The notes under the pieces are model-generated. The model ran no database searches and was not told where the DNA came from. It saw nothing but the letters and a program-made list of their open reading frames with translations. Both the position numbers and the translations under genes were made by a program. DNA of 64,000 nucleotides from Octopus vulgaris (Eukaryota), in contig OX597827.1 of the NCBI GenBank assembly GCA_951406725.2, forward strand, positions 15,376,001-15,440,000, in the 5' to 3' direction. Below, in pieces: positions 22,683-35,063 of this stretch; positions within the stretch are counted from its first letter, which is position 1; the number at the start of each line of letters is the position of its first letter.

Positions 22683-23359
22683 ATAAATAAGTAGTTTTCC
22701 TCTGTTTTATCTTGATACCTTTAACTCTGCAAGTTAAATTCAATTTGTGACTTAGTCTCATAGTCTACGAATTATATATTGTATTTTTATTATTATTTAG
22801 TCGTAAGAGGGAGAGCAGCAGCATGGCACTTCCATGTCATATAGGAGGAAACAAAGAAGTTATTCTCACACGAAGACTTCTCTTGAATGGTTGTTGAAGA
22901 GAGAAAGGACTTCGCCAAAGGCATCCATCCAAGTGACAAATATTGTGTAAACCAGGCGACAGATTACATGCACCATCTTAATACAGTACCAATTCAGAAC
23001 ATATGACGATTGTGATAAAAAGTATTTGTTTGTAGTTTAAAATTGCCAAATTCTTTTCCTGTTGTCAACACTTGAAAACTGTCTGAACTGTTTCGAGCAG
23101 TGAAATATTTCAAAACTTTCGTGATAGGAGTAATACTCTGGTAAGTTGATACAACGAATCTAAATGACAATAGGAGCAAATGTGTAGCTTCATACAATAC
23201 CAAGCATGGATACGATGATAGTTCAACTTGTTTCATTATCACAACCAGATTGGTACACAATAAAGTCTTTTATTTTAAGACTTAGAAAAGTCTGTAATTT
23301 CATCTGGTTTTCAGACTATTATATATGGAAATATAGGTTTTACTTTCAAAATAAAAATT

Positions 23360-23500
23360 TGCTAACCAACCACATTGTTCCGGGTTCAGTCCCACTGCGT
23401 GGCACCTTGGGCAAGTGTCTTCTACTATAGCCTCGGGCCGACCAATGCCTTGTGAGTGGATTTGGTAGACGAAAACTGAAAGAAGCCTGTCGTATATATG

Positions 23501-23535
<35 letters not shown>

Positions 23536-23742
23536 TTGTCCCCCTAGCATTGCTTGACAACCGATGCTGGTGTGTTTACGTCCCCGTCACTTAGCGGTTC
23601 GGCAAAAGAGACCGATAGAATAAGTACTGGGCTTACAAAGATTAAGTCCCGGGGTCGATTTGCTCGACTAAAGGCGGTGCTCCAGCATGGCCGCAGTCAA
23701 ATGACTGAAACAAGTAAAAAGAGTAAAAAAAGAAAAAGAGTA
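23360..23742 (+). mobile_element. SINE S1, 5' truncated
   Basis: Family consensus match. Confidence 0.85.
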
Positions 23743-24023
23743 ATACATAATACGCTAATATTTTATTACGAATTTATAAAAATACCAGTAAACTATTCGG
23801 GTAAATAAAGAAACGTCAAAATTACAAGAGGAATGAGAGATGATAAAGAAGTGTATAACAAGGAATTTAAATTGTGAGGAAGAAAAATAATAGGAAAGAA
23901 AATTGAAAAAAGTGTCAAGATCAGCAGGAAATGGTAAAGAAGCGATGGGATGGCTGGGATATGAAGTCTGAACTGGAATGTGAAAAAGGAAAAATTAACA
24001 GGGAAGAATGGAGAAAGATAAGA

Positions 24024-24451
24024 GGCGATCTTTCGTCTCTAGTAGACCTTTCCGTCGATTTCCGTAAAAATTTTTTTTTTTTTTTACATATGGGCTTGCG
24101 GGAACTTTTGAAGTAATATACATACATATACACATACACCGAGTAAAAAATTTCAGTTATCTCTTTCTTTCACACATTACTCTCTCTGTCTCTTCACACA
24201 CACTAACAGAAGCACTTCACTTACACAACATACTGTCTGTCTCCCACACCCCATCAAACACACACATACACACATGTACATCAATGCTCCCATGCACGGT
24301 AACTTCAAAAGAACTTCCCTCGTCATACAATCGCTTTCTCTTAGTCTCTTTCGCTCTCATTACTTCAAAAGTTCCCGCAAGCCCATATGTAAAAAAAAAT
24401 TTTTTTAATACGGAAATCGACGGAAAGGTCTACTACAGACGAAAGATTGCC
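24024..24451. mobile_element. MITE M2 with about 90-bp TIRs (GG-terminal; Merlin- or Mutator-like)
   Basis: GGCGATCTTTCGTC...GAAGTAAT / ATTACTTC...GACGAAAGATTGCC; imperfect flanking repeat AAGATAAGA / AAAGATAGA. Confidence 0.8.
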
Positions 24452-25399
24452 AAAGATAGAATTTAGAATTTCAGAGATACACCCTAAAAAGGAAAGAATA
24501 ACAACAATAAAGTAATGTCAGCAATTGTTAATTCTAGAAAGAAAGGAGAGAAGACGAATTAAATAAGGTCTGTGATGTATTTAAAAAGTTGGTAACACAA
24601 GACTTCAGGTGCTGAAAAGCGAAAACTGATATTGTAAGAGTTATTAGTTGCTGTTTAACATCAAGTGAGCCCTGATGGAGCAGTTTATGATCGAAGGTAT
24701 GCCAGCTATGCCCATCCCGCCTTTTTTAAGAGTATGTTATATTACATAGTACCTACATTATGGGCATTCCTATAGGATAGAGTTGGAAATTATATTAAGG
24801 GCCCAAAACTAATTAATTTGGATTTGTATGTTTTTAACATCGTAGATTACAAAAGACTACAAAAAAATAAAAACGGGGGGAGGCCCCTTCACCTGCCCTT
24901 TCGCACAACTTTTCAGTTTTTTTTTTACTTTCTTTCGAATTTGTTCTCAGATTCATGTTTTAAACGTGAGATTATGATTATTCAAAATTATCCGTAACAT
25001 ATATCTCCACCACGTAAAAGAAAAAAAAAATTGAACCAAGAGAAAACTGAAAATTCACGGGAAAAAAGTTGGGTGAGATTGGGATAAGATTTCATTTTTT
25101 TTGGTGGTTTTTTTTTTCCACATACATACATACAGATTCGGAGAAATTACGATGTTTTGTTTTGGCAACTAATTTTCGACTCTCTTCTAATGGAATATCT
25201 TACATTATGTAACTTGTCGTTTTTACCTTGTTTAAAACAGTGGGGGTGTGATTTGAGGTAGATTTGATTACTATTTCTAGCAGACCTAGCGACCATGGAG
25301 AGGCTTTTACGAGGGAAATCTTTTTTAGTAACGGGAAGAGAAAAAGGGGGCAGTGATAGATAGAATATGTTGTTAAGTAGGGATAATAGGAGAGAGAAT

Positions 25400-26710
25400 A
25401 AGAGAAAGGGGAAAAAAATTGAAAAGACAGCAACACGAAGAAAGGGGTCAAATAAGAACTATGGGTTACTCTACTTGTAAACGAGAACGGACTAAAAAAA
25501 ATGAATGAATGTAGAAGTCTGATGGAGAAGGGAATGTGTAGTAATGAAAGAGAGAAAGACAGAAGGAGGGAGAAAGGAGAAAGAGAGGAGAAAGAAAGAC
25601 AGAAGGAGGGAGAAAGAAGAAAGACAGGAGGGAGAAAGAAGAAAGACAGGAGAGAGAAAGAGGAGGGTGAGCGAGCAAAAAGAAAAGAGTGAGAGGGAGG
25701 AAGGGGAGGGAATAAGAGGAGGAAGGTGAGAGAAGAGAAGATAAGGAGGAAGGAGTGTTAGAGCGAGCGGGAGAGAAAGATAGAGAGAGGGGGAGTAACA
25801 GGAGCAAAAAAATCAAAACAAAAGACAGAATCATATGAATTGTTAATAAGACAGAACACGTAGGAGAGAAGAAAATGAGATAAGAAACGAAGACAGATGG
25901 TATCCTTTGAGGAAAATTATAATTAAAGAATACGGGAGCAGAAGGATAGAAAAAAAAAAAAACCAACAGGATAATTGAAATGAAGAAATAAGGGATTAAA
26001 AAATTCAGAAAAGAAAATTAAAGAATTGGGGGAAGAGAATTAAAGTGAATTAAAAGAAAGCGAAATTATGAAAGAAATAAGATTTTTGAAAAATAGAGAT
26101 GGATTTAAAATGTGAAAAAGGGGATGAAGAATTTATGAAAAAAAAATAAGATGATCGAAATTATGAAGATAGATGCATCCAAGTAGAGATTAATTAAAAG
26201 GATTAGTGGGGGAAAATTGAGACGAAAAGATAAGACAAAGAGGAGAAAGGATAAGATAGAGAGACAGGGAGAGAGATGAGAGGAGATGGAGAAGAAAGTG
26301 GTGGGTAGGGGATAGGACAAGAGAATTACAATGGGAAAAGAAGAAAAAAAAAAAGGGAAGTGAGATGAGGAAAGAATGAATCAAAAGTGAAGGAAACAGA
26401 AGTAATATATATTGGATGGGAATGACGAACGAAAGTAGGGTGAATTTTAATATACAAAAAGGGATATGGCCCCCCCTAACACCCCCACCAAAATGGAAAA
26501 GCATAGGTGTAGGAATATTGATTACCTAAAATACATTACATGTATGTATATATATACACACACACATATATATATATATATATATGCACACATATGCACA
26601 TTTCTAAATGTGCAATATATTGCTCTCAAAATATACGTGTGTATATTTCACACACACACATCTTATATACATATGCATACATACGTGTAGAAATATATGT
26701 ATATGTCTAA

Positions 26711-26771
<61 letters not shown>

Positions 26772-27075
26772 AAGAAGGAAAGAGAGGTGTGCATGGATGG
26801 ATGGATGAGGAAGTCAGTCAGAACGGGGGGGTGGGTGAAATGAAAGCTGAAGAAAATGAATGAATTTATATACATTGTGCACATTAAACCGAAATTAAGG
26901 AAATCGCTGGAAAGTAGATTAAAAAATAATGTGATTATATATTCCCTTATTGGACATTGTTATATATCATTCCCTTGAATTTCCGTGTAAAATATATATT
27001 CGATTATGAGTGTACCTATTTGTGTGTCTATGTATACATACATACATATATATATGCACACGTGTATATACTTTA

Positions 27076-27172
<97 letters not shown>

Positions 27173-28760
27173 CACATGTATGTATGAAAGAGCTATCTTT
27201 ACATACATGAATACATCCACATGATGTATGTGCCAATTAATTACATACAATAGGTAAGTGAGTGTATATGTGTGTTTGGCATGTATACATGACAATAGTA
27301 AAGACTACCACGATAAAGTTTCTATAATGGAAGAGCAGTCTATCTATGATCACGTCTTTTTATAGGATAACTTGAAGTACATTGGCCAAGGTGTACTTTC
27401 CATTTAAGACAGAATGGTTAGATGTGAAGTAAAGTTGGCTGCTGTTTCTAGCAGGTCGAGTGGCTACAAAGATTCACTCGATGATTGAGCTGGTGTTTAG
27501 CCCAAGGTCAGCCGTGATTGAACAAACCCCATCATCGAAGCCGTTCAAAGTTGTCACTGTCCCTTCTATTTATCTATAAGACTAACGTTATCCAGTGCCT
27601 TCTTTTCTTTTAAAGACGGGGTGAGACAAGGTTGCTATTTCTAGCATGTGGATCCACCACGTACAGACTCGATAAGATAGTTCTTTGGTTGTGCTGTACA
27701 AGGTGGAAAGTTAGTAATATTTGATGAGGAAAGAGCCGACGATCGGTCCTAGATTTAAAGCAAAGCAGAGAAAAAATAGTAAAGAGGCCAAGGAAAATGA
27801 GAGAGAGTTAAAACAATGAAAATAAGAGTGATGGATTGGAATAGAAGAGCTAAAGAGGAAAGGATAGGAGGGAGCAAAAACAGAAGTGGTAAGAGCGATT
27901 AAGCATAAACAATTTTATTTACAATGAGGGGTGAGGAGGAAAAAGATAGTGAGAACAAAGAGAAAGGGCAAAACTATATAAGAGGGAGCAACAGCGACAA
28001 TAGTAACAGCGAGAGAAGTGAAACAAAAAAAATAAAAATAAAGAAAGAAGAAATATAAAAGGAGAGAGAAGCAAAAAAAAAAAACGGGAGGGAAAAGCAA
28101 CGTAAAGAGTAAGAGCGAGAGGAGAAGGAGGAGAGTAAGATGAAATGAGAGGTAGTAGGTAAATGGAGGGAGAAACGGCGATAATAGTAACAGCGTGAGG
28201 AGAAATCGAGCTTGAGGAAACTGTAACAGAGTAGCAGGAGGACGCAGAGGTAGCAGCGTGAGGGAACGGAGGAGAAGTTGTATGAAATGACTACAAGAAA
28301 AAAAAGGAGCTACACAACAATGATCAAGGTAATAGGAGGAGAAAATATGTGTCCGTGTGTGATGATGATGTTGTGTGAGAATGAATTGACTACATAGATA
28401 TATAAATATTTATATATATATATATTATTATTTATATATATACGGTGATGTGTTTACGAAAGGCCTTGATCGTGAATGGGAAGGAATGAAAGAGTGGGGG
28501 GGAGGAAGGAGGAATGAGAGAGAAGCTTTATAGGAAGTTGGTTTGTGTGAGAAGGAGAGCGAAGAAGAAGATGAAGAAGAAGAAGGGAAAAAAAGAGAGA
28601 GAGGATAGGACAGCAGAGAGATGTACGGTGGTGGGAGGAGGAGGAGGAGGCAGTGAAAGAGAGAGAGAGAGAGTGATAGATAGAGATAGTGAGTGAGTGA
28701 GTGAAAGGGTGAGAGATGATTGGTTTGTAAAAAAAAAAAAAAAGGGAAAAGAGAGCCAAT
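25400..28760. repeat. Polypurine (GA-rich) low-complexity tracts with (GA)n, (TA)n and (CA)n microsatellites
   Basis: Strong strand purine bias at 25400-26420 and 27760-28760. Confidence 0.85.
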
Positions 28761-29400
28761 ATGTCATCAAAAATCGGAAAAGAAATATATTTTCGGCCAG
28801 AGAAACGAGATCAAATTGTAATAGTTGATGAAAGAAATCTGCACAAAAAAAAAAAGTTATAAAAGGACGGGACTTAGAAAGTCGATTGTAACTCTGAAGG
28901 AGTGTGTGTGTGTGAATGAATGTTTGGTGTTGTGTTGGTGTTGTGTTGTGAGGGTGATGCTGTGTGTGGAGGAGGAACGGACGAGGATGGACGAGAAGAG
29001 AGGCTGCTTTCGAAGACCGTTTTGCATACAAGTGGAAGGAAGAGATAGAGATTTTCGACAAGGTGGGAGGTGAAAAACAGCCGCCCGTTGCTTAGACATC
29101 TCAGAAAGTTGCCGTGTCTGTGAGATGAGTGGTGGGTAAGCACCTACCTTTGTGAAACAGGACGACCACTTAAGGCCCCCGCCGAAAAGAGATCGGGTTA
29201 TTTTAACACCAACAAACTGCAACTCTTTATCATTCCACACACACCGACACAACACGCGCGCACGGGAACGGCATCATAGGGGGAGGCACAATGACATACA
29301 GACAGACAGACAAAAATGTTTTATTTACTCAGTTTTTTTTCCAGGAATCTGTGAGTGAGTGACTCAAACAGCAAAAGGATGTAAACAAAGGGCAGATAAC
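28700..29400. promoter_or_regulatory. Candidate shared promoter / 5' non-coding exons of the two ZNF genes
   Basis: TE-free, locally CpG-enriched, strand skew reverses here, and splice donors occur on both strands (29136 +, 29147 -). Inference only. Confidence 0.4.
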
Positions 29401-29542
29401 TGCACCGAGCTTACTCTACTCTAATCATAAGAATAATTCTCTCCTTGGCCTTTTTTTCATTCATTCATTCATCTTCGTTCATCGCAAAACCCACCCATCT
29501 CACCTTTCTTATTTCAATGTAAATTATCATTGTTATTATTAT

Positions 29543-30318
29543 AGGCGCAGGGAGTGGCTGTGTGGTGAGTAAGTAAGCTTGCTAACCAACCACCACATGG
29601 TTCTGGGTTCAGTCCCTCCCACTGCGTTGCGTGGCATCTTGGGCAAGTGTCTTCTCCCATAGCCCCGGGCCGACCAAAGCCTTGTGATTTGTGGATTTGG
29701 TAGACGGAAACTGAAAGAAGCCTGTCGTATATATGTATATATATATGTGTTTGTGTGTCTCTGTTTGTCCCTCTAGCATTGCTTGACAACCGATGATGGT
29801 GTGTTTACGTCTCCGTCACTTAGCGGTTCAGCAAAAAGCCTGTCGTATATATATTTGTATGTATGTATATATGTTTGTGTGTCTGTGTTTGTCCCTCTAG
29901 CATTGCTTGACAACCGATGATGGTGTGTTTACGTCTCCGTCACTTAGCGGTTCAGCAAAAAGCCTGTCGTATATATGTATATATATATATATTTGTATGT
30001 ATGTATATATGTTTGTGTGTCTGTGTTTGTCCCTCTAGCATTGCTTGACAACCGATGATGGTGTGTTTACGTCTCCGTCACTTAACGGTTCGGCAAAAAG
30101 CCTGTCGTATATATGTATATATATATATATTTGGATGTGTGTATATATGTTTGTGTGTCTGTGTTTGTCCCTCTAGCATCGCTTGACAACCGATGATGGT
30201 GTCCGATAGAATAAGTACTGGTCTTACAAAAGAATAAGTCCCGGGGTCGATTTCGTCGACTAAAAAAAGGCGGTGCTCCAGCATGGCCGCAGTCAAATTA
30301 CTGAAACAAGTAAGAGTA
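29543..30318 (+). mobile_element. SINE S1 with an internal ~120-135-bp segment repeated four times
   Basis: Units AAGCCTGTCGTAT...GGTTCRGCAAAA from 29718 to about 30200. Confidence 0.85.
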
Positions 30319-30621
30319 TTTGTTTCATTCAGCTGGAATTAAATAACTGGATCAACAACTTTATTATTTTTCATTTGCCTTAGATTGTTTTTGTCCCTAT
30401 TGAATTGTTATCATTTATATTTTTTTGCACCTCTTGACCAGATAAACAAAACCTTGGTTAAATCTTGTGTTTTTGTCCCAATTTTATATTTTGGAGTAGA
30501 ATCTATTGAATTGGTAGCATATATATTTTTTGCACAGCCACACCAGTACCTCTTGACCAGATAAACAAAACCTTGATTAAATCTTGGATCTCTTTACACA
30601 CACACACATATGTATAATTAA

Positions 30622-30651
30622 TTCGTTTTATTAGCCACAAGGGCTGACACA
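30622..30651 (-). mobile_element. Extreme 3' tip of a Tx1 LINE (family of 2586-3072)
   Basis: TGTCAGCCCTTGTGGCTAATAAAACGAATT flanked by TSD TGTATAATTAA. Confidence 0.6.
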
Positions 30652-31901
30652 TGTATAATTAAATCAAAATATGTTGGACGACAGATTGTAATAAGAGTAA
30701 ATAAACTGAGTTGTTCTGCCAGAGAAAAGCAAAAAAACAAATTCAGTAATTTTTTTTTAATCTTAAAAAATTACACTGAAGCTATTTGATAGTAATTAAT
30801 TAATGATGGACAAAGTTTTTTTTAGTAATAATTTGCATACCAAATGCAAAACTCATGCTGGAATTTATGAAGGGAAACTTAAATTTATAGTAGAATAAAA
30901 GCAAAGAAATTGTGAGGAATAATGAATGAGCTAGAAGGGAGGAGATGAAGTGAAGAAAGCCAGTTAAGGAGTACTGAAATTGCATGTTTTAAAAAACAAA
31001 CTATAAGATATGGTGAAAGAATGGGAAGAAAGTATGACCAAGATGACAAGCAGAAAGAACCTAATACAGTTCTCCTTCAGCTTTTTCCCTTAAAACTGCA
31101 TTCTGGTTAGTGCAATACTGCAATGTCTATCGCACCTTTCAGCATCTCTATCATTATTATTTATATTCATACAATACACATGTTTTCTATGTTATTGATT
31201 ATTTAAATCTCTATCTCTCCATTCTATGGTTCTCTCTCACTCTAGCTCTGTCCTCTCAGAGATGGTCCCGCCAATTTATTCTCAAAAGCTTTCCAACTAT
31301 TCTCTCTCTCTCTCTCTGTCTATCTCTCTCTTAAATACTTCCGTATTATTGTTTGTCCACCAGAATATTTTTTTACCATTTGTTATTTGTTCTGCTGATG
31401 ACATCTTAGTTTATTGACAAAAGTTCAATTAAGATGGGACATATAACATGCAGAAGGAAGTACCTAGAAATGAAACTAGATTTTCAATTAAAACTAATAT
31501 TTAAATTTAAACTTATAAGGTACAAGTACCAACTTATAATTAATTAAATGTGTTTACGAAGAGCAGCAAAGAAATTGTCGGTCATAGGTTTTCTAAACCG
31601 CCTTCCTCATTTTTCCCATTTTTTTTTTGGGTTTTGTCTCAGATTTATAGAGATGTTCTTATACTTTATACATCTTTGTTAGTATTTAAGTACCTTAAAA
31701 TTGTTATATCTACTCATTCATCTATATTTCCCATTATCTTAGTATTGTTTTCTTTCTGTGTCACTTGGTTTATGTTATATAATAATATTTTGCTGCTTTC
31801 TCCATCCAATCATTTAACATAAAATCTATGTACACGTTTGTGTGCATGTTTTGGGCCATTTATACTAAGACAATATCATATTTTAATACAACCTAACCTT
31901 T

Positions 31902-31946
<45 letters not shown>

Positions 31947-31947
31947 C

Positions 31948-31979
<32 letters not shown>

Positions 31980-32042
31980 AGATTATAAGTGGATAAATCA
32001 GTGTATTGGCTTTAGAATAACCTTCTTTAGCCCTTAATTATA

Positions 32043-32094
<52 letters not shown>

Positions 32095-32821
32095 TATTCT
32101 ATTCAAGTTCTGTTGTCAGGGTTATTAGAAACAGCAGTCCCCAGGAGATTTAGATTTCATGTTTGAAGTCAACTTAGCTTTTTCTCAGTTACAAATAATA
32201 TACTTCATCGTTTGTATTATCCCCTATAATAAATTTATGGACTTGGTTGGTGCCAGTGTATAAAATATTCTTATTTTCGATTGTCCTTCACTGACATATG
32301 TTCGGATTTAAGACTCAATCCACCTTTTAGCTTTGTTAGTCTTTTTTTTTCTTTTAATATTTTTCGTTTTAACTTACTTACACTTGCACCTAGATACAAG
32401 TTAATTAATACTGTAGTCTTTATTTGTATAGGTATATCTATTTACTTAGTGTATTATTGTCTTACACGTGCACATAAATATACACAGGCCCGTTTTTCCT
32501 AGACACCAGCCCATTTGACACAACTACACTTGTCTCTTCATCTATTTACATGACCCTTATTATTACTACTCCTGCCTTGGCTTCGTTAATCCCGTTTTTT
32601 CCATCATGTAGAACCATCGTTTTCATTTTAATTTTTGATGTGTGTGTGTGTGCTTAATCACTCTTATATATTCTCTCTCTTCTCTCTCTCTCTGTTCAGT
32701 TTCTCCTCCATAGTGAAACTGGGTTTTCTCTTTCTCTGTGACAAATCATTATTTTTTTTACTCAAACCTGCCCTTTTGTTTAATCAATTAAAAGGGGTTA
32801 TATAAAAACATTTTACATATG

Positions 32822-32865
<44 letters not shown>

Positions 32866-33157
32866 GATATACGTAAATAGGTCCATCAAACGATGACCGA
32901 TTTTTCAAGTATGGAACCTCAGATGTGCTATAATCCTATTATCCTGCATTATAAAAGCTCTTCTCGTTGTTTTCTCGTACAGTTTTCATTACAATATTTA
33001 AAAAAAAACAAAAAACAAACAAATTGGTCACATTTTTTCTTTCTTTCTTTCTGACATGTCTGCATTTTTTGGGGTTAGATTTTTTACGGAGCTAGCGAAT
33101 AAGAAAATCCGAATGAATTACATATACGTCCTTAATTATGGATGTATTAAAAGAAAA

Positions 33158-33544
33158 GGCAATCTTTCGTTTGTAGTAGACCTTTCCGTGATAACTGAAA
33201 TTTTTTACTCGGTGTATGTGTATATGCATGTATGTGTGTGTGTGTGTATGTATCTATGTGTGTGTGTGTATGTATCTATGTATGCATGTATGTGTGTGTG
33301 TGTGTATGTATGTATCTATGTATGTATCTATGTATGTGTGTGTGTGTATGTATCTATGTATGTGTGTGTGTATCTATGTATGTGTGTGTATGTATCTATG
33401 TATGTGTGTGTATGTATCTATGTATGTGTGTGTGTATGTATCTATGTATGTGTGTGTGTGTGTGTATGTATCTATGTATGTATGTGTGTGTATGTATGGC
33501 CGATTCAGTGTTTACATTATTTCGAGTTAAAACGAAAGATTACC
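33158..33544. mobile_element. Internally deleted M2 MITE filled with a compound (TGTG/TATG/TATC)n satellite
   Basis: Begins GGCAATCTTTCG.. and ends ..CGAAAGATTACC. Confidence 0.65.
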
Positions 33545-34877
33545 TTTGCTATGTAGAAAATAATGAGGTTGACTCAAAAAATATAAAACAGGCAAACTAA
33601 ATGAACTTGGACATGTCTCTCTTACATAAATATGTGGCCCACGAATGTATTTTGCTGTTGTAGTTTCTTAAAGATGGTTAGGATATACTACAATAAATAA
33701 ATGATTAAAATGAAAGAAACATTAAGTCAATGTTTCCATATGTCTTCTTGGCTAACACCGAAGACTACTTTCTTTCAAGAAATTATTTTGTCTCTAATTA
33801 AATATTTAAGGGTGCCCGTATGTGATATAAATACGATCAGGCTGTAATCGGATGGTTATTTTCTTTCATCGATTCGTATCGATTTTACTTTAAAAAAAAA
33901 GAAAAAGATTTTTTTTTTATCATGAATATTTTTGAAATTCTTTGACAGGATGAAATTGTAGATTATTCGGAGATTCTTCTGTCTGTTTGCTTCACGACTG
34001 AAGAATGACGAATTAGATTAATTTAAAGATAGAAATTGTCTTGAAAATTTGGGTAGATTTCTGAAAAATTTACCGAAAATTGTGATGTAACACACATCAT
34101 AAAACAAGTACTTGTAGGAAGAGAAAGTATTTCGGAAGATAAGGAATGGAAAGACAACTTGTCTTTTAATGTAGGACCGAAGAACAAGCGATATTTCACA
34201 TTAAAATACAAGAAGAAATTAGTTTTAATTTGGTTAGATTCTGTAAAATGACAGCTGTGATAAATTCCTCGTTGCTAGAATTTTCAGTTTGTGGTGGTGG
34301 TAGCTAGGCAATTTTTCGTCTGATGAAGTCCAACGCCTGTGAACCGTTACACGGCCTCTTAGACAGGTGGAAGGACTGCTAGAAATAGCAGCGGCCAAAT
34401 CTCACTCATCCCATCATCTTTGGAAAGAGGATGAATTAAATGATACAGTCCTAGGCGGTTGGACTGTTTTGGAAAATTCTGTCTTGTCAAGGCCAATTAT
34501 GGGATTAAACGACAACTGTGAAAACTAGTGCCTTCTCTTTTTTTTTTTTTTTGCCAAACTTACAAAATTGTTCTAGCACAGTAAAATCACGATTTTGTTT
34601 ATATCTGGGAGAGGGTGGTCTTTCTTTGGTCAGTTGTCAGCAGGTAGGGTCCAGTTTGTTTATTAGAAGCTCTTATTGATATCAATTTGTTGATTTCCGA
34701 TCATACAATGGAACTGGTGAACTAGCGAGTGGGGCTCGACCTGCTGAAATTAGTCCTACCAGGCTCAAAGGAAGACACGAGATAAATCCGGGGTACATTA
34801 ATTATATATGAGGGTGGGGACAAATCAGAAGCAAGCCGCCCTTTGCCCATGACTTAACTTATATCTTCTGTCCAATC

Positions 34878-35063
34878 GCGGTATTTTTGCCTGTCGCTAC
34901 GTTCTGAGTTCAAATTCCGTCGAGGTCGACTTTGCCCTTCATCCTTTCGGGGTCGATAAATTAAGTACCAGTTACACACTGGGGTCGATGTAATCGACTT
35001 AATTCGTTTGTCTGCCCTTGTTTGTCCCCTCTATGTTTAGCCCCTTGTGGGTAATAAAGAAAC
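34878..35063 (+). mobile_element. Meta-domain-like SINE S2 with Tx1-like tail
   Basis: GCCCTTCATCCTTTCGGGGTCGATAAATTAAGTACCAG domain; TSD TATATCTTCTGTYCAATC. Other copies at 36027-36182 (-), 47225-47330 (-), 58951-59182 (-), and older ones at 340-850, 1570-1735, 2166-2570, 3087-3665 and 49310-49700. Confidence 0.85.

Noticed and set aside
22800-23280. Non-repetitive stretch with an 88-aa ORF
   Set aside because: No recognisable domain or convincing splice sites; left unassigned.
25200-29061. Leu/Phe/Ser-rich and Glu/Arg/Lys-rich ORFs
   Set aside because: By-products of polypurine low-complexity tracts; no domains.
33056-33600. Long Cys/Val/Tyr/Met ORFs
   Set aside because: Translations of a microsatellite inside a MITE.
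34318-34370. CTGATGA motifs at about 34320 and 22108 as hammerheads
   Set aside because: No correctly placed GAAA or stems.
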